Source: a virus (taxonomy: Duplodnaviria; Caudoviricetes). From it: 64,000 nt of DNA. The notes beneath the pieces are model-generated. The model was not told the origin of the DNA. It searched no databases and was given only the letters and a program-made list of their open reading frames with translations. The position numbers were made by a program, and so were the translations under genes. The DNA lies in IMG/VR virus record IMGVR_UViG_645948442_000001, positions 64,001 through 128,000 of that record; one strand, given 5' to 3'. This document shows positions 9,754 through 19,188 of this stretch, piece by piece (position 1 is the first letter of the stretch; each line of letters opens with the position of its first letter).

Positions 9754-9808
9754 AAATCCCCTCCCCTGCGGAGGGGATTTTGCTTTCTCGGGGATTCAAG
9801 GCTATACT
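9754..9808 (+). promoter_or_regulatory. Terminator + sigma70-like promoter cassette
   Basis: AAATCCCCTCC-CCTGC-GGAGGGGATTT, then TTGCTT-N17-TATACT. Confidence 0.8.
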
Positions 9809-9838
9809 TCGCTGCGTCATTCAACAAAGGAGGGTAAC

Positions 9839-10039
9839 ATGAGTGTCCCGGTCCCCAAACCAACCCAGCAAATGGCTGATGGTATCCGCAACGGCATGCA
9901 GCATTATGTCGAGGACATGGCCAAGGCAGGCTACATCATCACCATTGAAACGCAGCCCCAAACCCCTCTGGCCATGGGCAATCACAAACCCGTGGTGAGC
10001 GTCCGTCTGTCCAACTCGGCTTACAGGGCGAAAGGCTGA
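9839..10039 (+). CDS. Small hypothetical protein
   Basis: SD AAGGAGG, first gene after the promoter. Confidence 0.7.
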   Translation: MSVPVPKPTQQMADGIRNGMQHYVEDMAKAGYIITIETQPQTPLAMGNHKPVVSVRLSNSAYRAKG

Positions 10040-10041
10040 CA

Positions 10042-11103
10042 ATGGAATTCCTCATGTACACGGTCGTCTTGACCGTGGCCTGGGTGATCGGTGTCTGTAT
10101 CTACGAGAAGCACATCAACTGGCTGGAGTCATTCCTCCAGTTGGGCGCTGCGACTGTGGTGGGCCTGGTCTTCAGCCTCACCCTGTTGAAGCTCGGCGAT
10201 TTCGATGCGGCCACCTACACAACACCAGTCACAGCCAAGGAGAAACGCAAGGTGGGTTGCGAGCATTCGTACACCACATGCACTGGCTCTGGAGATAAGC
10301 AGGTCTGCGTCACCAACTACGAGCACGCCTGGGACATCGATTGGGTTCTGGTGAACGAACTGGGAGACATCCGGGTGAACCGTGTGGATCGGCGTGGGCT
10401 GAAGGAGCCTCCTCGTTTCACCAAGGCGCAAGTCGGTGACCCTGTGTCTGACACCAAGATGTACACCAACTACATCAGCGCGGCCCCTGGTTCCTTGTTC
10501 AATCTGGTTGATGTCGGACTGCTCATCAACAAGTATGCGGGGTTGATCCCGGCATATCCGCAGAATGTGTACGACTACCACTACATGGACAAGGTGTTGG
10601 CTGTGAACTTCACCCTGCCTGAACAAGAGTTGTGGAATCGCGGCCTGGACAACATGCTGAAGACCATGAGCATGCGCAAGAACGTGAACATCATCAACGT
10701 GTTCATCAAGGGGCAACCGCAGGAGTACGCTGACGCCCTGGCTGCGAAGTGGTATGGCGGCAAACACAACGATGTGCTGGTGGTGACTGGTGTGTCCGAG
10801 TGGCCAGAGATTGAATGGGTGCGGGTGATCAGCTGGTCTGACTCCGAACTGTTCAAGGTCCAACTGCGTGACAAGCTGGAAGGCTTGCATCATGTGGACA
10901 GGGACCAATACCTGGCCAAGCAGGCCATGGCCGTTGAACACGGCTATGTTCACAAGAACAACAAGGACTTCGAATATCTCAAGGGTATGATCGATGTCCC
11001 GTTGTGGAAGTATGTGATGGTGCTATCCATCAACTTCCTCGTCAACCTCGCGATCACGGTGTTCCGGGTTCGCAGGAATCGCCCTCGCGGGTATCGCTAT
11101 TGA
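10042..11103 (+). CDS. Membrane protein with large periplasmic (TPM-like) domain
   Basis: Two N-terminal TM helices, one C-terminal TM helix, WYGGKHNDVLVV motif. Confidence 0.65.
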   Translation: MEFLMYTVVLTVAWVIGVCIYEKHINWLESFLQLGAATVVGLVFSLTLLKLGDFDAATYTTPVTAKEKRKVGCEHSYTTCTGSGDKQVCVTNYEHAWDIDWVLVNELGDIRVNRVDRRGLKEPPRFTKAQVGDPVSDTKMYTNYISAAPGSLFNLVDVGLLINKYAGLIPAYPQNVYDYHYMDKVLAVNFTLPEQELWNRGLDNMLKTMSMRKNVNIINVFIKGQPQEYADALAAKWYGGKHNDVLVVTGVSEWPEIEWVRVISWSDSELFKVQLRDKLEGLHHVDRDQYLAKQAMAVEHGYVHKNNKDFEYLKGMIDVPLWKYVMVLSINFLVNLAITVFRVRRNRPRGYRY

Positions 11104-11128
11104 TCAAGCTCTCTTCACAAGGAAACAT

Positions 11129-11698
11129 ATGAGCAAAACCACCAAAATCGTCCTCGCCGTCGTGGGCCTCCTCTTCTTCGGCCTCGCCTCTCTGGTCGGT
11201 CTGGGTGTGATGTCCTACATCAAGCACAACGACATGGGCGCCCGCACTGAAGCGCAGCTGAAGTCCACCAACAACGCCAGCCGCGTTCAACTCGCCTCCA
11301 TGGGCAACAAGGTGGTGGAGATCGCCCAAGTGCCGGAGATGTCCAAGGATCACATCCTCGAAACGGCCAAGGCCGCCATCGAAGGTCGCTATGGCCCGGG
11401 TGGGTCCAAGGCTGTGTTCCAGGCTATCCGTGAAGTGAACCCGACGGTGGACCCGGCGCTGTACGTCAAGGTCCAGCAGGTGATCGACTCCGAGCGCAAC
11501 AAGTTCGTGGTCAGCCAGCAGGCCGTCCTGGACCGCAAGGCGGCATACGAGACCATGCTGAACTCCACCTGGTCGGGCATCTGGCTCAAGTTCGCTGGCT
11601 ACCCGAAGATGGATCTGAATGTCATCAAGGCTGTCTCCAGCGACCGTGCTGACCAAGCGTTCGACACGGGCAAGGAAGGCCCCATCAAGCTGCGCTGA
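11129..11698 (+). CDS. LemA-like membrane-anchored coiled-coil protein
   Basis: Single N-terminal TM helix, helical body, ERNKFVVSQQ..YETML..WLKFAGYP pattern. Confidence 0.6.
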   Translation: MSKTTKIVLAVVGLLFFGLASLVGLGVMSYIKHNDMGARTEAQLKSTNNASRVQLASMGNKVVEIAQVPEMSKDHILETAKAAIEGRYGPGGSKAVFQAIREVNPTVDPALYVKVQQVIDSERNKFVVSQQAVLDRKAAYETMLNSTWSGIWLKFAGYPKMDLNVIKAVSSDRADQAFDTGKEGPIKLR

Positions 11699-11749
11699 TC
11701 AACCGAGGCCCCTTGGGGCCTCCCTCTCATTCGACAAGGACACACTACC

Positions 11750-12217
11750 ATGAAGCAAGTCAACGGCAACCTCATCACCATGGCCAAGGCCGGGCAATTC
11801 GACGTCATCATCCACGGCGCCAACTGTTTTCACACCATGGGTGCTGGCATCGCCGAGAAGATCGCCAAGGAATATCCCGAGGCCCTGGTGGCGGACCAGA
11901 TGACCCCATACGGCGACTTTGACAAGCTGGGCACCATCAGCACAGTGCGCACCGTGAGCAAGGAAGGCACTCCTGTCGTGGTGGTCAATGCCTACACCCA
12001 GTTCATGACCGGCCCCCAGGCCCGTCTACATGCCGTCCGGTCTGCGTTCTCGGCTGTGCGGGAATGGTGTCTGGAACAACCCGACGGCCACCTGCTCAGG
12101 ATCGGATACCCTGCTGTCGGATGTGGCATCGGTGGTCTCGACATGGAAGATGTCCTGACTGTCATCAACCATGAAATGCGTGGCATGGACCACACCCTGG
12201 TGATCTACCAACCCTGA
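11750..12217 (+). CDS. Macrodomain (ADP-ribose binding/hydrolase)
   Basis: GNLI, HGANCFHTMGAGIA, VNAYTQ and YPAVGCGIGGL motifs. Confidence 0.9.
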   Translation: MKQVNGNLITMAKAGQFDVIIHGANCFHTMGAGIAEKIAKEYPEALVADQMTPYGDFDKLGTISTVRTVSKEGTPVVVVNAYTQFMTGPQARLHAVRSAFSAVREWCLEQPDGHLLRIGYPAVGCGIGGLDMEDVLTVINHEMRGMDHTLVIYQP

Positions 12218-12227
12218 AGGAAATCAA

Positions 12228-12953
12228 GTGAAGAAGAATCGACTCCTCCTGGCCGCGATGGCCGTGCTTGCCGCTTTCGGGCTCGTCGGCTGTGACGAGA
12301 ACGAGAAGGTAGAGGATGCTGAGCGCGAAGCCCAGTCTCGCGCTCTGGCCCAGAACAACAGCGAGAAGGAAACACTGGCTGCTGTGAAGGCCTCGCTCCA
12401 GAAGCAAGACCCCAACATCAAGGAGGTGTACCTGGGCAACGATGATGAGGGCCACAAGGCCCTGTTCATCCACAAGCAGAAGGAAGGCGGTGACATCGAG
12501 GAGCTGGTGCTCCCGTACGCCGTCTACCAGCAGATGCTCAAGGAGGCAACGGCCAAGGCTGCGACTGAAGCCAACAAGCAACCCCAGCAAGCAACCAATG
12601 GCGGCCCCAGCGGCATGGAAATGATGATGTACGGCATGGCAGGCGCTGCGATGGGCACCATGCTGGCCAGCGCCCTGTCCAACCGCATGAGCGGTGCTTC
12701 GAACCAGTTCGATGAACGCAAGCGGCGCACCTACTCTGGCGGCGGGGCGAATGCGGCGGCCATGGCCGCGATGAACAACTCCACCAACGGGTATCGCCAG
12801 AGCACCTTGAGCAGCTATCGCAGCAGCGCAGCAGCCAGTCGCGGCATCAGCTCCTCCAGCGTGTCCAAGGCCTCGGGCAGCGTCGGCCGTTCCAGTGGCG
12901 GCTCATTCTCCTCGTCAGGCGCCCGCTCCGGTGGCTACAGCTCGGGAGGATGA
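12228..12953 (+). CDS. Lipoprotein with Gly/Ser-rich tail (YgiB/DUF1190-like)
   Basis: Signal peptide with LVGC lipobox, GMAGAAMGTML segment, SSG/RSGG tail, upstream of a GSP-synthase-like gene. Confidence 0.65.
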   Translation: MKKNRLLLAAMAVLAAFGLVGCDENEKVEDAEREAQSRALAQNNSEKETLAAVKASLQKQDPNIKEVYLGNDDEGHKALFIHKQKEGGDIEELVLPYAVYQQMLKEATAKAATEANKQPQQATNGGPSGMEMMMYGMAGAAMGTMLASALSNRMSGASNQFDERKRRTYSGGGANAAAMAAMNNSTNGYRQSTLSSYRSSAAASRGISSSSVSKASGSVGRSSGGSFSSSGARSGGYSSGG

Positions 12954-12954
12954 C

Positions 12955-13149
12955 ATGACCTTCACCCTGGGCATGTGGGTGTTGCCCACAATCATCACTT
13001 TCTCTGCGTTCTTCTGGGCGCTCTGTATCGTGAAACCAGGGTCTGGCTGGTTCTCTGGCCTGCCCAACGTTCTCGCATTGATCCCAGCCAGCGTGATCTC
13101 TCTGGCCAGCTGGGTCGCGTTCTCCATCTATCTCGTCGTCACGAAATGA
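12955..13149 (+). CDS. Small 2-TM membrane protein
   Basis: Two hydrophobic helices, SD GGAGG, coupled to the next gene. Confidence 0.7.
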   Translation: MTFTLGMWVLPTIITFSAFFWALCIVKPGSGWFSGLPNVLALIPASVISLASWVAFSIYLVVTK

Positions 13150-14450
13150 AAATCAAGTCCACCATCGCCAACGTCTCTCTCAATATGGGTGAGATTGTTG
13201 ATCAAGAACTGCCCAACGTGTCGCTGTTCTACTCCAACGGCCAGGGCGACCTCAAGCAAGATGCCAAAGAGTTGTTCGAGTACATGATCAAGAACAATGG
13301 CCGCCTGCCCATCTACAGCATCGATCAGGCCTCTGTGGACTCCATCATGGGCACCGCAGGTGCGGCCTACGCCGCGATGGGCCACGCCCTGGACATCATG
13401 TTCTCCATGAACGACGATGACATCAAGCAGTGGTACCCATGCGAGGCCTCGCGCCATCCGGCCTTCGATGGCTTCCTGCTCATGGCCAAGCACACCTGGA
13501 CGGAACGCCACCCCACGGTGTACGGGCGCTTCGATCTGGCCATCAACCCAAATCTGGGCACCGTCAAGGGCATCTACGAGTTCAACGGCGATACCCCGGT
13601 CATGCTGTTCGAGAGCGTCAACCTCCAGAACATGATCAGCGAGAAGATGGACCGGCCTGATGACCAGGCCAACCGCTGGTGGCTGGACACTGCCGGCCGC
13701 AGGCAGGAATTCACAGGCAAGAAGGTTGCCATTGTCTGTGACCCTGGATTCATCGAGGACACAGTCAGCTGCGACACGCTGGCCCAGGCCTTGACCGAGG
13801 CGGGCGCAGTGACCTACTTCACTGACATCCAGAGCTTCAATCACGATGTGCTGTCGCTGCGCAAGCCATTCTTCGTGGAAGGCGTGGATGCCCCGGTGGA
13901 CATGGCGTTCATGCTTCTGCCCTGGGAGGAGATGATCATCGGCGAGAAGTCCCAGGAGATTCTGGTGCACTGGGAGCAGTGGGTCGATCAGGTCAAGTTC
14001 CTTGAACCGGCCTGGCGCTGGTTCATGAGCCACAAGGGCTTCATGGCCTGGATGACCTGGCTGATCCAGAACGACGAGGAATTCCGTGACAAGTGGGGCG
14101 ATCTGCCCTTCCTGGAGACCTACCTGGTCGATGACCAGAACAGCTACGAGCAGGTTGCTCGTCTGGAGCAATCGGGCAACTACGTGCTGAAGCCCGTCAC
14201 TGGTCGCCTGAGCAACAACATACAGGTGTTCGAGCAAGGCCAGCAGCAGACCGACACCGGGGGCCACTACTCGGACGAACCCATGGTGATCCAAGCCTTG
14301 TGTCGCCCCGGCCGCATTGATGGAGCAAACTTCATCGCTGGCGTATGGTTGGCCGACACCGAACCGGCCTCCCTGTGCTTCCGCGAGTTCGACAGCCCGG
14401 TGCTCAGCATCGCCAACGAACGGTTCAAGGCCCACGTCATCGACGGTTGA
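13146..14450 (+). CDS. Glutathionylspermidine synthase-like ATP-grasp ligase (YgiC/YjfC family)
   Basis: YGRFDL, YEFNGDTP..LFES, LLPWEEM, LEPAWR..MSHKG, YVLKPVTGR and FRE motifs. Confidence 0.9.
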   Translation: MKIKSTIANVSLNMGEIVDQELPNVSLFYSNGQGDLKQDAKELFEYMIKNNGRLPIYSIDQASVDSIMGTAGAAYAAMGHALDIMFSMNDDDIKQWYPCEASRHPAFDGFLLMAKHTWTERHPTVYGRFDLAINPNLGTVKGIYEFNGDTPVMLFESVNLQNMISEKMDRPDDQANRWWLDTAGRRQEFTGKKVAIVCDPGFIEDTVSCDTLAQALTEAGAVTYFTDIQSFNHDVLSLRKPFFVEGVDAPVDMAFMLLPWEEMIIGEKSQEILVHWEQWVDQVKFLEPAWRWFMSHKGFMAWMTWLIQNDEEFRDKWGDLPFLETYLVDDQNSYEQVARLEQSGNYVLKPVTGRLSNNIQVFEQGQQQTDTGGHYSDEPMVIQALCRPGRIDGANFIAGVWLADTEPASLCFREFDSPVLSIANERFKAHVIDG

Positions 14451-14500
14451 TCAAAAGCCCCTTCGCGCCGAAGGGGCAATTCTTCAGCTATAATTGTCTC

Positions 14501-14983
14501 ATGCCCTACACCAATGCTGATATCCCCGTCGAGAAGGTCAAACAACGTTTGATCATGACCGGCGAACTGCTCCATGAGGTCGCTGATCACTTTGAGCAGT
14601 ACAACAAGACTGAAGACAAGGTGCACACCGCTGCCTTGGCTGATGTCTTGGTGAGCAAGTACGGCTGGCGTCGCGTGCATCATGACATGATAGTGTTGCA
14701 TGGGGCCTGCTGGTGGTCAAGTCGAGGCGGGTTGGCCATATCGCATGAGCCGATCCTTCACCTCTACAGCCAATACAGTGGTGACCCAAGCTACCCTGTG
14801 CCTTCGCCCGAACAAAGCGTATCCGCCAAGGATGCGTTCTGTAAGGGTCAACCGGATATGTGGATTGGCCAGTATGGCCGAGACCGCATTGGATTGCTCA
14901 GGTTGGTGGCTAATCAAGCCACCGCCTGCGCTGAGCTCCCTCCTCTTCAACCAATCTTCAAGAAAGAAGTGAAACATGAATGA
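14501..14983 (+). CDS. Hypothetical protein, SGD.xYPVP paralog family; probably leaderless
   Basis: YSGDPSYPVP...MW..QYGRDR. The ATG is 6 nt after TATAAT. Confidence 0.7.
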   Translation: MPYTNADIPVEKVKQRLIMTGELLHEVADHFEQYNKTEDKVHTAALADVLVSKYGWRRVHHDMIVLHGACWWSSRGGLAISHEPILHLYSQYSGDPSYPVPSPEQSVSAKDAFCKGQPDMWIGQYGRDRIGLLRLVANQATACAELPPLQPIFKKEVKHE

Positions 14984-15533
14984 ATTCGGCAACTACCTGC
15001 AAGCCAAGGCTGAATCGCGAGGCGAATACATCGCAGCGCTGAACGCTTTGAAGGTGGGCATCAACGCCGCACTGCCCATCTACCGTGAATTCCACGAGGG
15101 CAAGATCGACGAGGATGGTCTGAAGGACAAGCTCAAGGCCGCTGGCCTGTGGAAGTCCGACATCTTCAAGCCCCACGCATGCGGCTATTGCCGCCTGATC
15201 CGCGGCATCATCAATAATCAGAAGGGTGTGTCCTACCAGGCTGTCTGCCCCAAGGTCACCACCATCCACAGCGGCGACGAGCACTTCCCCGTGAAGGTGT
15301 ACGGCGACGATGGTTCCCCTTCTGACGCCTACCGCGAGGCATCCGTCGAGGGCACCCTTTGGAAGGATGCGTATGGCCGTTCGCGCCTGCGCAGCCTGCA
15401 GATGTTCCTCGAGCACATCAACGAGGACATCCTCAACCCAGAGCGCCGCGCCCCAGAGCCTGAAGTCGAGCCTGACACCCCCAAGGAAGACCCCGGCCCG
15501 GCAGCGGAAGCAGACGATGGCGATGACGCATGA
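14976..15533 (+). CDS. Hypothetical protein, SGD.xFPV paralog family
   Basis: HSGDEHFPV...LWKDAYGRSR motif. Confidence 0.7.
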   Translation: MNEFGNYLQAKAESRGEYIAALNALKVGINAALPIYREFHEGKIDEDGLKDKLKAAGLWKSDIFKPHACGYCRLIRGIINNQKGVSYQAVCPKVTTIHSGDEHFPVKVYGDDGSPSDAYREASVEGTLWKDAYGRSRLRSLQMFLEHINEDILNPERRAPEPEVEPDTPKEDPGPAAEADDGDDA

Positions 15534-15832
15534 TGGATTCACGCCTCGGCGCGTGAGCACAGAGACCATCCCACAGCGGCCACAGCACAAGATCACCATC
15601 GACCTGAAGACCCGCGAAGGTGTGATCGCGGCGATGGTGGCAGGGGAAATCGCCGCGATCTCCCCTGATGATGCCAAAGCCATTGCTTCCATCATCCAGG
15701 GCAGAGCCATCCAAGGCATGCGCGGCGCCATGGCCTGAACAAAGCCCCTTCCAAGTGAAGGGGCTTTTGCTTTCCCCATCCTGGGATTATAATCAATCGC
15801 ATCAACCATTAATACTCTTGAAAGGAGTTTCC

Positions 15833-16198
15833 ATGAAACGCTTCGCTCGCATGATCGCCATCCTCGCTTTGGCAACTGCTGGTGTCTCCGCCTTTGCCCA
15901 GTCTTACAGCTGGGGCAACTTCAGCATCGGGGACCGACACAGTCGCATCAGCGGTGGCTTCAGTCAATACGATCGGGGGTATGGTGGCTACGGTTACAAC
16001 CGGCCCATGCCCCCTTCTGTTCCCCGCTATGAACACTTCATCCCTCAACATGTCTACCGTCACAATCATGGCCATTACCGTGATCAACGTCTGTGCATGG
16101 ACGACTACCGTGCTCGCTGCTACGCTGACCGTCGCTACGGCAGCACCTACAGCTGCGATGTCCCGCCTGTCGCCGTGCGCCAAGCATGTATGAGGTGA
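15833..16198 (+). CDS. Secreted Gly/Tyr/Arg-rich protein
   Basis: Signal peptide ending AFA, SD AAGGAG, downstream of a promoter cassette. Confidence 0.7.
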   Translation: MKRFARMIAILALATAGVSAFAQSYSWGNFSIGDRHSRISGGFSQYDRGYGGYGYNRPMPPSVPRYEHFIPQHVYRHNHGHYRDQRLCMDDYRARCYADRRYGSTYSCDVPPVAVRQACMR

Positions 16199-16200
16199 AA

Positions 16201-16923
16201 ATGTTCAATCTGAGAGAAGCAACTCTGGACGCTGGCGTCCCGCAATCCCGCATCGACGAGGCGATGGCTAATTTCGATCTGGCCAAGAAAATCCACAAGG
16301 GCATGGACTGGATTGGCCTTTGGGCCCCATTCGTCATGCTCTGGGTCTGCTGGGGTGGATACCCGGCCAAGGTGGATGGAAAGTGGCGATGGAAGCGGGT
16401 CACCAACTGGGAAGACAACAAGTTGCCGGAGCGATGGTGGAAGTACGACAACAACGTCAGCATGAATGGTGACGGCTGGGGCATGATCCTCTCTGATGGC
16501 ACTCACACAAGCCGGTTCAGCCGGGAGGAGGTCGACAGTGGACAAACCATCCCCATCCCTTACACTGACCCTGCGTACAAGGGCGACTCGTACTATTGCA
16601 AGGGCCACCACCCTCGCAGCCGTTTGGCTCGCTACGTCTGGATGGGTCTCCGCAATCGAGGTTCTCTGTACGCACTTGAAATGGGTCATAGCCTGGATCC
16701 GTTCAAGCCACTTGAGCAGTGGGGTGTCCTGAACCAAGGCAAGGAGATCGATGGAGTCAAGGTGATCTGCTGCGACGGTGTCTGGCAGCTGACCGAGACC
16801 AAGAAGCGTGGTTGGATTGAGATCAACCGCAACGTGGGTTTCAAGGTGAACAACGCCCGCACAGGCAACGTCACCAAGGCTGCGGTCACCTGGTCGCCAT
16901 TCTATTTCCGCATTCGCCCTTGA
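16201..16923 (+). CDS. Trp-rich hypothetical phage protein
   Basis: SD GAGGTG, YVWMGLRN motif. Confidence 0.7.
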   Translation: MFNLREATLDAGVPQSRIDEAMANFDLAKKIHKGMDWIGLWAPFVMLWVCWGGYPAKVDGKWRWKRVTNWEDNKLPERWWKYDNNVSMNGDGWGMILSDGTHTSRFSREEVDSGQTIPIPYTDPAYKGDSYYCKGHHPRSRLARYVWMGLRNRGSLYALEMGHSLDPFKPLEQWGVLNQGKEIDGVKVICCDGVWQLTETKKRGWIEINRNVGFKVNNARTGNVTKAAVTWSPFYFRIRP

Positions 16924-16984
16924 GCAAAGCCCCTCCCCTGCGGAGGGGCTTTTTGCTTTCTGGGCCATCAGCTATAATGGTAGC

Positions 16985-17212
16985 ATGACTGAAATGAACG
17001 AACAGAACCAAATCCCGGCATCCAAGGAGCAAAGTGATGCTCTGGACGAAGCCTTGGGCCTTCAGGCTGTGTCCTTCCGCATCCCCAAGGCAACCCATCA
17101 GGCCATCAAGGAAGAAGCAGAGAAGCGCGGCGTCACCGAATCTGCGATGATGCGATTCATCCTGTCTGAATGGGAAGGTCTCCGTCAATGGAGTCACGGC
17201 CAAGGGTTCTGA
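16985..17212 (+). CDS. Ribbon-helix-helix (Arc/CopG-like) DNA-binding protein
   Basis: VSFRIP..HQAIKEEAEKRGVTESAMMRFIL pattern. The ATG is 6 nt after TATAAT. Confidence 0.7.
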   Translation: MTEMNEQNQIPASKEQSDALDEALGLQAVSFRIPKATHQAIKEEAEKRGVTESAMMRFILSEWEGLRQWSHGQGF

Positions 17213-17487
17213 ACAAGCGCAAGATGCGGACTGGAGAACAGGGCATCTATGTCGGTCGACCCAGCAGATGGGGCAACTACCCTGGCGAGGGTTACGACAG
17301 ACAGGAAGCCGTCGAGCGATTCAGACGCTTCTGCAGCGAGAACGCAGCATTCAGAGAAGCCATCAAGGCTGAGCTCAAAGGCAAGAATCTGATATGCTGG
17401 TGCGCCCCTGCGTATTGCCATGCCGAGGTGTTGCTTGAGATCGCAAACGATCTGCCGCCTAGGGGGCTGGGAGCATTCTTCACATGA
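17188..17487 (+). CDS. DUF4326-like protein
   Basis: YVGRPSRWGN and ELKGKNLICWCAP..CHAEVL motifs. Confidence 0.85.
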   Translation: MESRPRVLNKRKMRTGEQGIYVGRPSRWGNYPGEGYDRQEAVERFRRFCSENAAFREAIKAELKGKNLICWCAPAYCHAEVLLEIANDLPPRGLGAFFT

Positions 17488-17993
17488 TAGACAACTTCAA
17501 GACGCCAGAGACAGAGTGGCTTAGCAACATGTACCCGTGTAGGGTTCTGTATGAGGGCGTGGTCTACCCATCAGCCGAGCACGCCTATGCCGCCCAGAAA
17601 GCAGTTGACTGGCTGGATCGTGAAGAGATTGCTCAGGCCAAGACCGGCTACTTGGCCAAGCAGATGGGTGCGGCAGTCCAGAAGAGGGCTGACTGGGATC
17701 AGGTGAAGATGCGGGTCATGTTGGAAGTGCTGCGGGCCAAATTCTTCAACAACGATTTTCTGGGGGACAAACTGCTGGCCACCGGATCGCAGGAACTGGT
17801 TGAAGGCAATTGGTGGCACGACACTTTCTGGGGTGTCTGTGAAGGAGTGGGCGAGAATCATCTGGGCAAGCTGCTCATGCAGGTGAGGAGGGAGCTAGAA
17901 GCAAGGCGCTTGTACCAAGGCCTGAACCCTGTGATGCAAGCTGTCTTCCTGGCATCTACGTCTGACGCTGAATTCAAGGAAGCCTTGCTGTAA
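17484..17993 (+). CDS. NADAR (YbiA-like) hydrolase
   Basis: LSNMYP, YPSAEHAYAAQK, RADWDQVK, KF, LVEGNWWHDTFWG and GENHLGKLLMQVR motifs. Confidence 0.92.
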   Translation: MIDNFKTPETEWLSNMYPCRVLYEGVVYPSAEHAYAAQKAVDWLDREEIAQAKTGYLAKQMGAAVQKRADWDQVKMRVMLEVLRAKFFNNDFLGDKLLATGSQELVEGNWWHDTFWGVCEGVGENHLGKLLMQVRRELEARRLYQGLNPVMQAVFLASTSDAEFKEALL

Positions 17994-18078
17994 TAACCAC
18001 TCAACCCGATACGATAAATCCGGGTTGATATTTTCAGGTTATACTTCCCTCACCTTCAACAAACACAGTGAGTCTCAA

Positions 18079-18426
18079 ATGCCCAAGCTGATCACCTTTA
18101 AGCAAGTTCTGTCCAACCGCAGCCTGAGCGCGGCCATCCAAGCCGGATTTGTGAATGGCGGCCTACAAGTAGAAGTCCGAGTGCTGCGCGCCGACAGCGA
18201 TGACGACGGCGTCTGGGACGCATGGTACAAAATCGAGAACGGTCTCATGGTCGTCGAAGGGTCCAGCGGACCTTCCGGTTCCGGCGATGACCTGCGAGTG
18301 GTGCTCAGCCCGGAAGGCTCTGTGATCAAGGAACTGTCCTCTGCTGGCGGCTGGGAGCCTGTGGGTCTGATCATCCAGGGTGATCAGACAGCCGTCGCTA
18401 TGATCGAAGCCATCCTCGCCGCCTAA
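18079..18426 (+). CDS. Hypothetical protein
   Basis: Follows the TTTTCAGGTTATACT promoter motif. Confidence 0.65.
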   Translation: MPKLITFKQVLSNRSLSAAIQAGFVNGGLQVEVRVLRADSDDDGVWDAWYKIENGLMVVEGSSGPSGSGDDLRVVLSPEGSVIKELSSAGGWEPVGLIIQGDQTAVAMIEAILAA

Positions 18427-18465
18427 CAACCCAGGGGCTCCGGCCCCGCTCATCACGTACACATC

Positions 18466-19188
18466 ATGAATCACTCCAAGATCATCTTCGCCGCGATCGA
18501 ACCCTCCTTCATGCCCACTCTGCTGGAAATGCTGATCACTCTCCGCGATCAGGGGCCTTTGCTGCGTTTCCGCGACGGCATCTGCGGCCAGCTGGACTTG
18601 CTCTCGGGCACCTTGGATTGCTCTGCCTGGGAGCACTTCAGCGGCGACAACCTGTTCCCTGTCCCATCCCAGAACAAGAAGCAGACCCACGAGGATGCCT
18701 TCAAGAACAATGATCTGTGGACCAAGCGCACGGCCTACGGGCGCCTGCGCTGGAAGCTACTGGACTGGCTCATCGAGCAGGCCCAGATGTGGACGGAAGA
18801 CAAGCCCAAGGGTGCCGTCTATGTCGACAAGCACGTCACCGTGTTCGAGGACGCGGACTTCCTGCCCGTGGACAACGCCTATCGCAAGATCAACGTCAAG
18901 GAAGCCCTCCTGCGCGAGGAGACCAGGTTGTTGGGGTTGCTTGAAGACACCACTCTGCTCTACCCGGTACACACCAGTTTCCCCTGGCTGCTCGACCTTC
19001 ACAACATCAACTGGTCGAAGGCACCCCATTCCGGCGGCAAGCGCAACCGCCCATTCCTTCATCGCAAGCTGAATCGCAAGATCAACTTGCGTGATAACCG
19101 CCAGGTCGACACCCTGAACTGGCTCATCGGCGAACTGGGCAAGCAGATCGCCATTCTCAATCTCCGCAGCATAGAAAGCAGCAATTGA
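18466..19188 (+). CDS. Hypothetical protein, SGD.xFPVP paralog family
   Basis: GIC...WEHFSGDNLFPVP...LW...AYGRLRWKLLDWL. Confidence 0.7.
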   Translation: MNHSKIIFAAIEPSFMPTLLEMLITLRDQGPLLRFRDGICGQLDLLSGTLDCSAWEHFSGDNLFPVPSQNKKQTHEDAFKNNDLWTKRTAYGRLRWKLLDWLIEQAQMWTEDKPKGAVYVDKHVTVFEDADFLPVDNAYRKINVKEALLREETRLLGLLEDTTLLYPVHTSFPWLLDLHNINWSKAPHSGGKRNRPFLHRKLNRKINLRDNRQVDTLNWLIGELGKQIAILNLRSIESSN

